DNA from: Bispira polyomma
Taxonomy: Eukaryota
Reading direction: 5' to 3'
Length of the DNA: 64,000 nt
NCBI GenBank assembly: GCA_965649765.1
Contig: OZ287752.1
Location: forward strand, 83,328,001-83,392,000
Shown here: positions 1 through 14,100 of the stretch, piece by piece
Position numbering within the stretch: position 1 is the stretch's first letter
How the letters are laid out: each line of letters starts with the position of its first letter
Program-made: the position numbers and the translations under genes
Notes under the pieces: model-generated
Told to the model about the DNA's origin: nothing
Seen by the model: the letters and a program-made list of their open reading frames with translations, nothing else
Database searches by the model: none

Positions 1-130
1 TGGTGGAAAAAAACCACCCACCTACGACAATTGCCTGACAAACTTTCCCACATGAAGGAACGAATGGGATTCGAACCCACATTGGTAAGAGGCCAGGGAT
101 TGTGTGAAGCAGGTGCTTCTAATCACTACG
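1..130 (-). mobile_element. tRNA-derived SINE, 5' part
   Basis: Minus strand shows B-box GGTTCGAATCC then tgtgggaaagtttgtcag..ggtggttt core; same family as 12040 and 52063. Confidence 0.8.
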
Positions 131-2525
131 TCCCCCCTTCTATGTCATGTGCTGTATACAGTAATCATTAGGAGTGTAGATGATGCTGGGCTTTGGTCAG
201 GCTAATATATTCATTTTCTGGAGGAAATTGGAGCTCTGTGTGTGTGGTAACTTGCCAAATTACTCAAGTCATGTAGGGTGTTGGTCTTGCATCTTGTAGG
301 TTTTTGCTTTTTCTTGTGGAGTCATTGTTGGTTTTTTAGTGAAAATGGAGTAGAGACCAGAAATGTGTAGGGAGCCAGCATGTGAAAAACCTATTTTTTT
401 TGTGTGTGTGTGCGACGAGTGTCAATTTCAAGTTTTCACATAAACTACACACCAGTTGATTCTCGTATTATTCTTCAAATATTAGCCAATGTGGAAATCA
501 TTATATCAGGACCTCTGCTCTTACGTCTATACACTGTTAGTGATCAAACGGTACATGTATACTCGGATAGGACTCGTTGGCTCCTCTGCAAGATTGGCAA
601 AAGATCAATAATAAACAACCTTGTTTTTGAACTGTTAAAGAATTGTATTGCATAAAAATGTAAGTAAAATATCATTCCTTCGAATCAGAGATCAGAGAGC
701 AGTGAAATGGTGTTAGTAAAACTAAAACAACTCCTTGTGCGTTCCGACCCCACCGCCCCCCTCCAATCCATTTCTTCCTGTTTCAGAAATGACATAAAAA
801 AATGGAGGTTTTTTATTATTAGTTAACTCCCCGGAGGAAGAAGTAGTTTTTCCTGCTTAGTAGTATCAGAGTGCATTACTGTGACAAATATGTGATGGAT
901 AGCTACTTTGCATTTGAGACACGACAGTTGTCGCAAAAGAGATGAATGACCGCATCAACTCCTACCAAGTCCCCAGCTTGACTTGTTTTTACAAAGCCGC
1001 CCGGGTGTGCAGCGATATATGGGACTGTTCTTTAGGTATTAACATCAGTCGCCTAGTGACAAATATAGTAAAAGAAAAGTAGACAGCATTATACATAAAA
1101 AAAAATGGCTTAAGATCAAAAGAAACCCATACTAAATTATTGAAAGCTTTGGAGTAATTAGAAATATGAAATTGTTTGACTATATATATATAGATAGATA
1201 GGACAATTCAAACACGAAAGTAGACAGTTAATATACTTTGAAAATGATTGTAGGTCCTGTATTATCCAAGCACAGTTGGGGGAGTAAGGTTCATTCATTA
1301 GGAGATGCATTTGAGTAGAAAACAGAAACTCAAGTTTGGGAGAGTGAAAATCAGGTTCCCGTAGAAATCACTACATCCACAAGTGGATGTTTGACTAGTA
1401 AAGGCTCATATGTATTATATGTTAGGAAGACCATACCTAAAAGTATCTAAAATCTAAGATGTCCTCCAACCTTAGACAAAAGTGAACTTAAAGCATGTTC
1501 TTATGGAGTAGGTTAATTCATCCTTTCTTCCGTCTATCTCTCATGTCAACTAGAGCTCTGTTTAAAGGAGGTTGGAGAAAACTCATGAGCAAATGGTGTG
1601 ATAATTTATTTCAATTAGGCCTTTTTTCTCCCTTTCAGGGGTAATCCAGTTAGACTTGCAAAGGTCGGCCTTCCCTTTGGGGGACATGAGAATACACAAA
1701 GTGTGCTGCCATTGTTAGGTCACTAGTGAGGGAAGAGGCTTGAGAAAAAACCCAAACCCTAGCCTACTCTAAAAACACATTAAATTTGCACAAATCCCGC
1801 AGCTTTTGTACGGTAGAGCGGCTATGAGATGCAATTAATTGATTGCAAAAAGGTGACAGTGATACAGATAGGCTACAAGCAGGCTATATTTGGGGAGAAT
1901 GTGTTTTTTCTGTAAATGCAACTTTTTGTCCCTCTTAAAAAGTATACACTCTATTACTTTAATGCCAATAATTAGGATCACAAAAAAAAAAAGTACCAAA
2001 AAAACGTCTGCCTAAGTAACCGTGGATCACTAACCGACTAAAACCCGGCTGTTCATTCATAATGTATTGTTTTCTGCTTTGACTGTATATATTTCCAAGG
2101 TTTTTGCGGGTAAAAAAAATATTGGGAGAAGATGCATAGAAACGCTATAGAAATGCTCGAGTAAACCCTTTTAAGTTTGCAATACCCCGGTAACCTAACG
2201 CTAAAATATTCCATTGTCACTATCATTGGTATATATATATGCTAACCAATATATAAAGGTAAATGGAATATATTTCAGATGCTTAGATTGACATACACAA
2301 GCTTTCTATAGCTGCTCTACCATTCCGATATTCCAGCACCTTATGGCTAAATGGTTTATGATAACCATAGATCCAGCTCAGAAATTTGTTAGAACACACA
2401 GTAATAGAGAGTTATTAGGTACTTCATTAAGTTACAGCCTCTATTTCCCAGCTGTTGTAAAGCTTATATATCTTAGCCTTCCCAAGGCGCAGATTTAGTG
2501 GTATAGTTTTATTAATGCAATAATA

Positions 2526-2723
2526 CAGTAGAACTACTATTATCCAAACTTTTATTATCCGAATATTCAATTTTAGGAACTCGTTTCAACTTTCTGAAAT
2601 TTACTTTTTCTCATAAAAATGATTCTTTTATGGTAAAAAAATGAAAATTCTATTTGATGCACTTTTTATTATCTGAACAAAATCTAGCTCACCCAATATG
2701 TTCTGATGATAGAGGTTCTACCG
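2526..2723. mobile_element. Tc1/mariner-pogo-type MITE (TA target; CAGTAGAAC...GTTCTACCG termini)
   Basis: Terminal inverted repeats flanked by TA; relatives at 46814-46984 and ~3750-3936. Confidence 0.7.
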
Positions 2724-5000
2724 TATATCTACATCAGCTACATATATTGTCTACTGATGGAGACCACTTTTGTTATGTATTAGGATCATGATCAGTAGCA
2801 ATTATCAATTAATTCTATTGGTGTGTCTCAGAAGATGCCTAGCATCAATAAGGCTCTTAGAAAATCCAATTATACATCTATGTAAAAAATTTAACAATGT
2901 TTTGTTGTTTTACTAGGGTGACACTAAATGCCTTAAAGTTCTCTTTATTTGGATTTTGGAATCGCACTTAGTACAGACTTATATAACAGAACAGAGAACA
3001 TTTATACAGTTAAAGTACTTTAAGATGAACGTCAAGGGAGCAGAAGAAATACCTCTACTTAAGCAGGATTTCTACTTAACATATTAGATTTAAAAAGAAA
3101 AGACCTCTTTGGTTCTACAGAATTTGATGAATTTAGTCCAAATAAAAGGGCATTTTAGTATCACAGTTCTGCTTTTAATGGGTACTACAACTGTATTCAC
3201 TGTTAGTCTATAAGTTATATTATTGAGCCTTAGGAAGGTTATATATATATATATATATATATAAGAAGTAGTAAGGCTCTTAGACATCAGACTTCTCATT
3301 CCCTCTAATTACAAGGATGGCCTCCCCTGAGAGCTATCTAGTTCTGTGTATGCAGGAGGTGGTAGGAGGGTGGCAAGAATTTATTGACCAGTGGCCAGTC
3401 ATTTCATCTCCCTGGAGAACAAATAGTTTAATGAACCAGTGGTAGAGGGGGAGGTAGTAGATGAAGGAGTGGGTCATATGTGTGTGTGAAGGAGGACAAA
3501 GGTGGACTTTATGAAAGTAAATACTCAGAAGTAATTTATAGCAGGCCTTTCTATATACAAATGTCACATGTCCAAGGATTCAGTGGCCAATCACCGGTTC
3601 CCCGTTTCATCAGGATTTTGTCCTGATATTTCCAAATAAACATTAGGATTTAATCCCAATATCATATCAATCACACACTAAAAATAAGTTAGGAAGGCGA
3701 CATTTTTGGCCAGAATATCCAACCTATATTTTTGTTCTTTTCATAACGCAGTATATCTTTATCAGAATTTTCTATAATCCAAATATTCGATTTTATGAAC
3801 ATACTTTCACTCTTCCAAATTTGCATTTTTAACTATTGCTCCCGTCATATATAAAGCCTCGTATTTCTATGAAAATTCTATGCCAAACTATAGGATTCTC
3901 TTACAATGGGTTCACATATAACAGAGTTAGCACTGTATAATGTGTGTACCTTATAGCATATTATAAGAATTTTCAATTTTCTTGTCCAATCTCTGGGCTT
4001 ACAAAAACAAAAACAACCTTTTGAATGGTAGGTTTATTATCCAGTATTATTTGAAACTTCAAACCAAAAAAAAAAGCAGAAAGAGAGATGAAGAATGTTC
4101 TATTATGTAAAATTAGTCCCAGTCCCGACACATGGCAGACAAAAATGACTGTAACAATGAAGAATTAGTTGTGTCGTTTAGTTGCGCTGATTGGGTAGTA
4201 AATTGTTAGAAAACAAAGGGCTAGATTCCTGAGGGTTTTTCACTGTTTATTGAGGGGGAATTCTTGCTGTCAGTAGACACATATTTGACATGGGTGTTAG
4301 TAAGCTTAATAATAGGTGTAAATTGTGGGCTATTCAGTATTATATCAGAGTTAATTGTGTAAAAACAAGGCAGACATACATACACACATACACTCTATGG
4401 TCTATGGAGACTTCTACTTTGACTGGGCTATTTGTAGAGGTGTAACCACAAGCTGGCCACTGTTGTACATGTCAGGGCTAAGGTGTTAAAGTGATGGCAA
4501 TTTACTGTTACATCACACTAATCTGGTCTGCCTAATAATCTACAAACATCTAGGTAGGACATGTTATACATGCTATAGTGGTGTACTGCTTTCACTGATG
4601 TAATGAACTTGTAACATTGGGTTGCACCCACTAGACAAATGTCTTGTATTGTACAGCAATTTCCACCAATATAAAATTGTGTAATACACTGTTTACTATG
4701 GACAACATACTGTACAGATGGAAAATTTAGCTGGAACAAAATTTTTACCAATGAACAATTTCTACTGAAAATAGTTTTTACCATTGCTCAATTTCTATTT
4801 AAAAGATAAAAACAGATTTATATTCATTTTCGGTATTCCCAGCCTATTCGTGAACTCAATAACATTGTTATGGATTTTGAGCACATTTTCTTCAATAGAG
4901 GTAGTAATATCTAACCAAATATAAAATTCCTGATACAGTGTTGATGTATTTTATGCTACATTATGGAACAATAAAAAATAAACAGTAAGGTTTAAAAACT

Positions 5001-5179
5001 TAAGGGTCTGACAGACTGCAGACGACACGACACAACATGAATATAGAAATAAGAAAACATATATTAATTATTTAGACTGGTCCCAGCACTACACTATACC
5101 ACACTGCACGACACTGCAATTTGACTTGGCGAAATCTCTAAAAACAATTTGTGTTGTCGGCGGTCTGTAAAGCCCTTTA
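5001..5179. mobile_element. Harbinger-like MITE (TAAGGG...CCCTTTA)
   Basis: TIRs with gacac/gtgtc subrepeats; partial relative at ~15580-15690. Confidence 0.55.
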
Positions 5180-5988
5180 GGAACCAAACATGAACCTTGG
5201 GAGGGGGTAATAATCACATTATTCACTGAGAGAAACTAATAAATAAAAACAATCTGTGTGTGCTCAAACATCTAGGGATGTGTAGTAGTTAGTATGAGTA
5301 AAAAAACAATTGCTGTATAACATGGAATGATTCATGTGTAGAGAGAAGTGTTAAAAGCTCAAAGTCCTCAGGGCTGACAGTTTGTCAGAAATACTATACT
5401 GGTCCATATCTGCTCTTCTAGTTTTATACATCAATAATTCAATAATAGTCCCAAGTTCAGATATATAGTAACTTTTTATTAGTAAAAGAATTGCCAATTT
5501 TTAATATCCCTGTCTCGTATACCAGCCACATATGTGTTTGGAATATTAGGTTATAATAGTAAGACGGCGTATTGTGACGAGTCATAAGGGAATCATTCTG
5601 TAAGTGTAACACAAGTCATATAGATGGCAATTAATGGGAGTACTAGACTTACTAAATAAAAAGTACTCTATAGACATTACAATTGTATACATATATGATT
5701 AACATAAAAGTGCCTGGAATTCTAGGGCTTTAGTTTTCAATGGGTTTTGCTCCGACAAAAACGTTTACTAAATATATGCAGTTTACTAAATATATGCAGT
5801 GGAATACTGTTCAGTCGAATCTGAAGGGACCATAAACTTTGTTCTACAAAACAGAAATTCTACTTAACAGAGTAAATAGAAATATAGCAATGGAATCCTA
5901 AAATGCTTTCTACTTAAGAGGTAATTCCACTTATCAGAGTTCCACTTAAAGGGGTTTGACTGTATAAACCCATCATTTAACAACGGCT

Positions 5989-6055
5989 GGCGGGGGGGGG
6001 GGGGGGGGGGGGGGAGGGGCGATGGGGGGGAGGGGCGGGGGAGGGGCGGGGGGGA
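5989..6055 (+). repeat. Poly-G / G-run cluster with G-quadruplex potential
   Basis: A G run of more than 20 nt followed by several G4-G7 runs. Confidence 0.8.
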
Positions 6056-7699
6056 TAATTTAGACAAACAAGTGCATCTTTGTCAGGTTGTTTAAATATC
6101 CAGTCAAGTCACTATAGCTATCGTAAATATTTATGCCCATAATATAGTCTTTAAGAATTTCTTACAATCTGTGCCCAGATTTGCCACACATCCTTAGAAC
6201 TAGCCAAGTCGAGTAAATTAGAAGCCTGAGGACAATCTGGGTGTAGATGTAATGCAGTAAAATGTGGTGTTAATTAGGAGCCATCTGTCATATCAAGACA
6301 ATATATCACACATGCTTTCATCTCTTATAATAAACACTGGGACAGATTGGACATTCTTGTTAATATGGTACAAGTTGTAAAAGTTTATCAATAAAAGTGA
6401 TTAAATGTTTTTTGCTTTTATGGGTTTTGTGTTGGCAGTTGACGAGATGTGGCTATAACTGTGTCGACAACTGCTTGACAGAGGATAAATGTTTAATTTA
6501 ATTTAAATGTTAATTTAATTCAAAATTTAATTTATTAAGCTTATAATCCAAACATGCAAGACAGGTTTTCTTGAATTTATTTCTCACAAGGATATCTTCC
6601 CAATATCTCTCCAAGCTGGAGATAGACTCGTCTTTGACATATGAAATAGTTAAATATATATGTGAACGTTGTGGGTAGTTCTTAGGACTTCTGGGAGCCA
6701 GATTACAAGAGGAATTGCATCACTTGATTGCATCAATTGACTGATTAAGGACCACAAATTACACAGGCACTTACTACTTTAATTTCTCCTTCGCAAATTA
6801 TTCTTACTTTCATTCCCTCTGTGTAACTAATATAAATATATTGAGAAAGGCTATTAAAGGCTGTTGGTTAAAGTTGTTTTATAGTCACATAGTTAAAATG
6901 TAAAGGTACATTTTACAATGCAGCACACATACATTGTTTTGTTAATGTACAGTATATGATTTGCATGACCTAGTCTTGTTTTAAGAAAGGGTCAATGTGC
7001 AAGCATTGTTGACAGTTGTATATAGTGTTTAAATCACCACACATTAGTATGTCACTGTACAAGTGTGTCATTGTACATAACAATTAAGTGAGTGTGGTAC
7101 ACTGGTTCTTTGACGTGTAGTATTTTGTCTTCTATAAGACGTATAGCTCTAGGCATGGCAGAGATAAACGGCAATTATCTACCATAGTCATACAGCTTTC
7201 ACACTTGTAATTAGCTACCACTAAATTAATGTACTTATGCTCAAAGTGATTTTACAGCTTTTATGAAGACATTGCCGAAACCAGATGTGTGTGTTGTATA
7301 ATTGTAGTTGATACTTTTAGCCCTCGATGCCTTGAAGAAATATGATAAATTATTTTAAGCACTATAAACATGCTAAGTGTGATACTAACTATATAAGATT
7401 ATTAGTTTCACTTTTATGTTTAAATGTGCATGAACTCTTTTGACCACAAACAGAGCAGTACTCCACTGTACCGAAGGAAAAGTCCGGGTGACAGATTCAT
7501 TGCAGATGAATCACTAAAACCACACACCACAGACCTGGCATTTCACAATGTCCTCATGTATAATTGTTTTTAACTGGTGGGACTGAATGAAGGAAAGTAA
7601 AATAATAATTGGCCGACAGACACGATACTGGTGAACAGACTTCACTATTGACTACTACATAACATATAAGGTCTTTAGTGGGGTTATAAACATGATTAT

Positions 7700-7945
7700 G
7701 TATGTATATAAGATTGTACTCTTGGACAAGGTGCTTTACATAAAATTGTCCCTCTCTACCCAGGTGTATAAATGGGTATACCTGGCCAATAATGGCTGTT
7801 AGTCCTTGTGTGCCGCATGTGGCAGCACAGCTAGTATGCTTCCTGAGGGAGCTGAGACTCAACAATTGGTTAAGAAGTAGAAGAACCCAGACTAGGGATG
7901 TAAACTGTAAAGTCGGCTAAGGCCTCAGATATCAGACTATAAACT
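7700..7945 (+). mobile_element. SINE fragment with CORE-like domain
   Basis: cttggacaaggtgctttac...ctctacccaggtgtataaatgggta resembles the CORE-SINE central domain. Confidence 0.55.
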
Positions 7946-7980
7946 TACACACATCTATATGTATCACCTTGTACTTGTAG

Positions 7981-8134
7981 CTATAAAAGACGATTTCCGA
8001 GTTCAGCCAAGGAACACAGAGGTTGCTATTGGTGACACGGCAGTACTGGACTGCCGAGGGCCTCGTGGGGAGCCCGAACCCAGGCTGGAATGGAAGAAAG
8101 ACGGGGAATCTGTGAAAGCAGCGGAAAATCTAAG
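7981..8134 (+). CDS. robo: Robo exon, Ig2 N-half ([41 protein letters not shown]...)
   Basis: ttgtag| acceptor, AG|gtaact donor; phase 1 to 2; not in ORF track. Confidence 0.95.
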
Positions 8135-11100
8135 GTAACTTCTATTAATGTGATAAAATAGATCAATTACTTAGTGCTGTAAGCTCTCTGTCACAAGGTA
8201 GAATATGTTTACTTTACGATATTTAGATGCAAGTGTCACCCATAATAATATCAGCAACTAAATAAGTGTCTAGATTATGTAAAGCCGTTTCCACACTAGT
8301 TCTCTGATATCCTGCACTTTATGTCTGTACTAACAGATTCTAAGGCTAAGACATATACATACATCTCACCTCTAATTACAGGTACACAGTACTAACATAC
8401 ATCTCACCTGTAATTACAGGTACAGTGTACTAACATACATCTCACCTCTGATTACAGGTACACAGTACAGGACACAGGGAGTCTAATGATACAGAATGCA
8501 AAGAAGGAAGACACAGGGATCTACGTCTGTATTGCTATAAACAACGCCGGGGAGAGGGAAAGTGACCCAGCCCGTCTACTGGCATTAGGTAAGTACTTGT
8601 GTAGGTGTGTATAGGGAAATGTAGGAGTAGGCTCCGATATTGTGTGTATAAGTAAATTTAGACTTATTACAGCAATAATTAAGAAGCCTAGATTACTTAT
8701 TATAGCAGTAATATAGACTCTACAGTTATATAAGACAGTAGATTAACCTTGAGTAATGGTCTGTTGTCTTATAACACAGTAGATTAACCTTGAGTAATGG
8801 CCTGATTTTGTTCTAACAGAAAAGCCTCAGTTTGAGCAGGCACCTGAAGCACAGACATCCCAGGAAGGAGACGATGTCACATTCCAGTGTCAGGCCTCGG
8901 GTGACCCGCCACCAACCATTCTGTGGAGGAAGAAAGAAGGACGCATGCCAGAGGGCAGGTAAGAGATCAGGGAAGAAGGGCGCATGTGTGAGAGGCATAG
9001 GGGTACAAGATTTGGAAAGAAGAGCATATGTTTGAAGGGGAGAAGTAAGAGATTTTGACATTCATTTTTTAAGCCAAGAGTCTGTGTGTATGCTTTGTCA
9101 AAGTTACATTTTAACATTCACTTTAACATTATTCCCATGCAGTCTTTCCAGTAGAAGTACAGCATGGAATGGAATTAATTTGGTGGAGTGGATTTTCATT
9201 CAATGCAAATTTATAACAATAAATAAATAAGAAAAATACAAATATATAAGTTATAAGTTTCAGTAACATACTGAAATATATACAGACAAAGTGTATCTGA
9301 GTCGGTCATCACACATCGTTCATGAGCTGCACGTATTTCTGTATTTTTAGGACTCAGGTTCTGTCAGACAAAAGTCTAAAGATTGAGGGTGTACGTGTGG
9401 CAGATGAGGGGACCTATATCTGTAGAGCTGAGAACTCGGTGGGTTCTGAAGAGATGGCAGCACAACTCACCGTATACTGTAAGTCAGCTGACTCCATTGG
9501 AGGAATTTGGTTTTCAAGTTGCCAAGATGGTCATGTTTTAGTCACTTTGCAATCAAATTTATCATTTGAAACCTGATTTTGAAATAAAATTCTGGTTATT
9601 TTCTCATCTTTTGCCATTGAGTAATCAGCATTATGCAGTCGTCCAGCATCGGCTAGTTGGAAACGCAGACTTACAAATGGAAATAATGATGCAGATATAC
9701 ATATATTGTCATATATAAGTGTTTGGCTTGAAGACTAGTGAAGTGGGGTTTAAAAAGTATATTTGAGTTTATTTTAATCCTGACATAGCAGAGTCAGAAC
9801 AGTGACCTATATACACGGATTTAGTTTGTTTTAATGTTTTCTGAGCTGGTGTAACATCCCTAGATTAATTAGCCGTCAGTGTAACCTGAGTTGAGAGTGT
9901 TAGCTTTAAACTTCTTTTTTGTTGTCAGGCACAGTATGAATTACGCCCTGTGTAAAAATAAGCCAGCGAGAATTAATTAGCACAGCCAAGTAATATTTCA
10001 AATAATTGGATGCTGACATTTTTAAAGAATTAAAATTGCTGAAAAGAAATTAAAAAGTCTTTTATGATTCAGAGAATGATACTGTGTTAGCACCCGTTTT
10101 TTTTTTTTTGTATCTTTTAAATATAAAAGGTTCTGATGTTTTGTAACCTTTTTTGTGCTAGGAAAATAGTTATTCCACATATTCATTTAAATCTAGGTTA
10201 GTTTTACTGTTCATGTACCCTGTGGAAATAGTGAGTCTGTGTAAGTAAAAAATCTAGAATTTGCGAAATGTGTCAAATTTGCCACATTTAAGTAGTATGA
10301 CTCTGGATAATTTTGTACACATTTTGATCCCAAAATTTTGGCAAGGTCTTCAGTCTAATACAACCATTAAGTTGGTCAGTTGTTTTACGGCTGGTTGTAA
10401 AGTTTACGACATCTTTAAAGATTCTAAAGTAATCCCAGGTTTGTACAGATGACAAGTTTCAGTGTATAATACAAACTGTCCCAACTCCACAGTCAGTGTA
10501 TATAATAGTGAAACTACCCGAGTGGTGTATATTGAAAAAATACATGTATATGACATCAAGTTTTCATAGACATTTCCACGTGTGCTGAGTAATACAGTAC
10601 ACTTTATTACTAGGTTTGTATTACACACCAAATCACTGTACTTCATGGCCGAGTGGATAATAAATTGTATACCTACTGTCTTGTTCCAGCTCGTCCCTCA
10701 TTCAGTATGTCTATATTGTATACCTACTGTCTTGTTACAGCTCGTCCCTCATTCAATATGTCTATATTGTATACCTACTGTCTTGTTACAGCTCGTACCT
10801 CATTCAGTATGTCTATATTGTATACCTACTGTCTTGTTCCAGCTCGTCCCTCATTCAGTATGTCTATATTGTATACCTACTGTCTTGTTACAGCTCGTCC
10901 CTCATTCAGTATGTCTATATTGTATACCTACTGTCTTGTTACAGCTCGTCCCTCATTCAGTATGTCTATATTGTATACCTCCTGTCTTGTTCCAGCTTGT
11001 CCCTCATTCAGTATGTCTATATTACTAGCTACTGTCTGTTCCAACTTGTCCCTCATTCAGTATGTCTATATTGTATATCTACTGTCTGTTCCAACTTGTC

Positions 11101-14100
11101 CCTCATTCAGTATGTCTATATTGTATACCTCCTGTCTTGTTCCAGCTTGTCCCTCATTCAGTATGTCTATATTGTATACCTCCTGTCTTGTTCCAGCTTG
11201 TCCCTCATTCAGTATGTCTATATTACTAGCTACTGTCTGTTCCAACTTGTCCCTCATTCAGTATGTCTATATTGTATATCTACTGTCTGTTCCAACTTGT
11301 CCCTCATTCAGTATGTCTATATTGTATATCTACTGTCTTGTTCCAGCTTGTCCCTCATTCAGTATGTCTATATTGTATACCTCCTGTCTTGTTCCAGCTT
11401 GTCCCTCATTCAGTGTGTCTATATTGTATACCTCCTGTCTTGTTCCAGCTTGTCCCTCATTCAGTATGTCTATATTGTATACCTCCTGTCTTGTTCCAGC
11501 TTGTCCCTCATTCAGTATGTCTATATTGTATACCTACTGTCTTGTTCCAGCTTGTCCCTCATTCAGTATGTCTATATTACTAGCTACTGTCTATTCCAGC
11601 TTGTCCCTCATTCAGTATGTCTATATTGTATACCTCCTGTCTTGTTCCAGCTTGTCCCTCATTCAGTGTGTCTATATTGTATACCTACTGTCTTGTTCCA
11701 GCTTGTCCCTCATTCAGTATGTCTATATTGTATACCTACTGTCTTGTTCCAGCTTGTCCCTCATTCAGTATGTCTATATTACTAGCTACTGTCTGTTCCA
11801 GCTTGTCCCTCATTCAGTATGTCTATATTGTATACCTACTGTCTGTTCCAGCTTGTCCCTCATTCAGTGTGTCTATATTGTATACTTCCTGTCTTGTTCC
11901 AGCTAAACCCTCATTCAGTGTAACTCCTCAGGACAAGGCTGTTGGCTTTGGACGCCGTGTCTCATTCCGCTGTGAGGTGACGGGCAACCCACCACCTGCA
12001 CAGTTCTGGAACAGGGAAGGCAGCAATGTAAGGCAATTGGAGATTTATTTAGGTTTTACCATCGCTTTCAACAGCTTAGGTCATACCTTGATGGCAAGAT
12101 TCAACGGTGAAAGAAACCAGTGCTGAAGCCACTGTAAACCACTGGGCTATGGCAAGTATTTGACAAAATTTCCCACATGAAGGAACGGATAGGATTCAAA
12201 CCCACATTGGTGAGAGGCCAGTGATTATGAACTACTAGGCGCTTCTAACTACTAGGCCACTGCAGCAGCCCCCAAACCTTCCTGTAATGTAAGGGGACGT
12301 GTGTTTGTATGTGTTTTAAATGAAGTGCATATAATATGAACAGGGAGCACAGTTAGGTTTTTGTTTGTTATATATAGATTGAGTGGGAGTTTAACCTAAC
12401 TTTTAACACATCTTGTGTGTCATTTTATGACAAACCGTTCACTAGTGCAGGAAGTCAGAGCAGGGCAGTTAGTCAAGGCTTTTGTGCTCTGTAAAAGACC
12501 GACCTTCAGCAAGTCTGCTGTCAACTTTATTGTTTTGTACAAATGCCTTTTCTATTTTCTGAACTAAATATTGTTTTTCCAATGTGTTAATACAACAGAG
12601 GTTAATACTATAGTAACTAATGCCCGAGTATAGTTTTTGTAAAGAGAGATATACAATGTCAATTGTTGTAGAAAAGTTATGAACTTATGTATAAATTTGT
12701 TGACTCTAAAAATCAATCACAATGCAGTAAGTAGAAAATTATATCTATTCCTACTGCATATAACGCACAAACTTTTTAACCTTTATTATTTATATGAAAA
12801 TAAGACCACTTCTGAAATATAATGTCATGAAATATAATATTTCAAGCTTTTATATCTGACCTGGTAAAGTTTTATTAACCACACTAAAATTGAATGCAAC
12901 AACCTTTTTTAAAAAAAATGTTTTTACATGTTCCCATATTGATGTTATTATGAGTATCAAGGGGCCGCCAGGTTGCAGTGTTTTACTTAAAAAGGAAGCT
13001 GGTAATAAACAGGCTGTCATGTACAGGGTTATTTTTATGCCTTTGACAAATGACTTTAAAAGCTCAGCAAAGACTGTAGGTGCCATTAGACTGTGATATA
13101 TATGTTTTCTGCACTTTTTTACTGTGACCTTTCAGCATGGGATGAAACGTTATTAAATATCTCCTGTTTAGCCAGATGACATATTACTTGTCTCCTGGGT
13201 TCTGACAGAAAAACACATGGGAAGCTTAATTAACTGATGGCTTGGAAAGTCGCCCAGTCTAGAATGTAATGTTGTTGTAAACAGCACTAAAGATATCACC
13301 TTGGAGACGTGTCCTCGCCATTTTCTGTTAAAGCTCTAATACTTGACTTCTATATTGTATTCAAAACCTCTCTTCAAGACACTTCATATCTTTGTACGGA
13401 CTAATTTTAAGGCATTAGCAAAACCAGATAGAAATAGATGGAACTTGTATTATCTGAACACCCAGGGAGAATGATGATAATCTATTTATAAAAATAAATA
13501 GAAATTGTTACCTTAAATTTGCAAAAAAAAAAAAAAAAAAAAAATAAATATATGAATGAAGTATTTGGCTCTTTTTTTGCCCCTATCGGTGAATATTCAA
13601 ATAAAAGTTCAATATTTCGTAATAAAAGATTGTTTCAGACACTTCTGTATAAAACACAAGAAGCGTTCTGGTTTTTGGATGATGGCTTGACCATTTTATC
13701 TACTTCCGTTTTATCTCTGAATCACAGAGATTGTGAACAAATAAACAAATTTAACTTAGAACAATGTTAATACAACATAAATATAAAGATGCCTTGATAA
13801 TTATATATGACTATTTTATAAATAAATATTACGTAAAAAGTTGTTCATCCTGTGAGCTCTTAAAAAGTATATATGTGTGTTGTGTTTCAGGATATGCTCT
13901 TTCCTCATCAAGATTACGGCCGCTTTAAAGTGTTAGATGATGGCCGACTTGTGATAGACCCTGTACTAGAAGAGGATGAAGGCGTTTATATATGTCAGGT
14001 AGGATCCTGCCACTTTTGACGGGAAACCCCCGAAAACAAATGTAAAAGCCTTGTATTCATCTGACTTTGCCCATTTATTTTGATCGGTAAACGGATAATG

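Noticed and set aside
1-130. Possible tRNA gene (B-box GGTTCGAATCC on the minus strand)
   Set aside because: No intact cloverleaf; continues into a SINE body found in several copies.
5864-6067. Poly-proline ORF on the minus strand
   Set aside because: Translation of a poly-G tract plus MITE sequence.
1-7980. Search for Robo signal-peptide or Ig1 exons
   Set aside because: No Ig-like open segment with splice sites found; the region appears to be intron, so Ig1 lies upstream of the window.
10582-11906. Long ORFs of 417, 262, 148 and 106 aa with Cys/Leu-rich repeats
   Set aside because: By-products of a 51-bp stop-poor minisatellite open in several frames within a Robo intron; no independent gene evidence.
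10664-11920. CRISPR-like appearance of regularly spaced repeats (also 48414-48651)
   Set aside because: Units are contiguous with no unique spacers, there are no cas genes, and the context is a eukaryotic intron.
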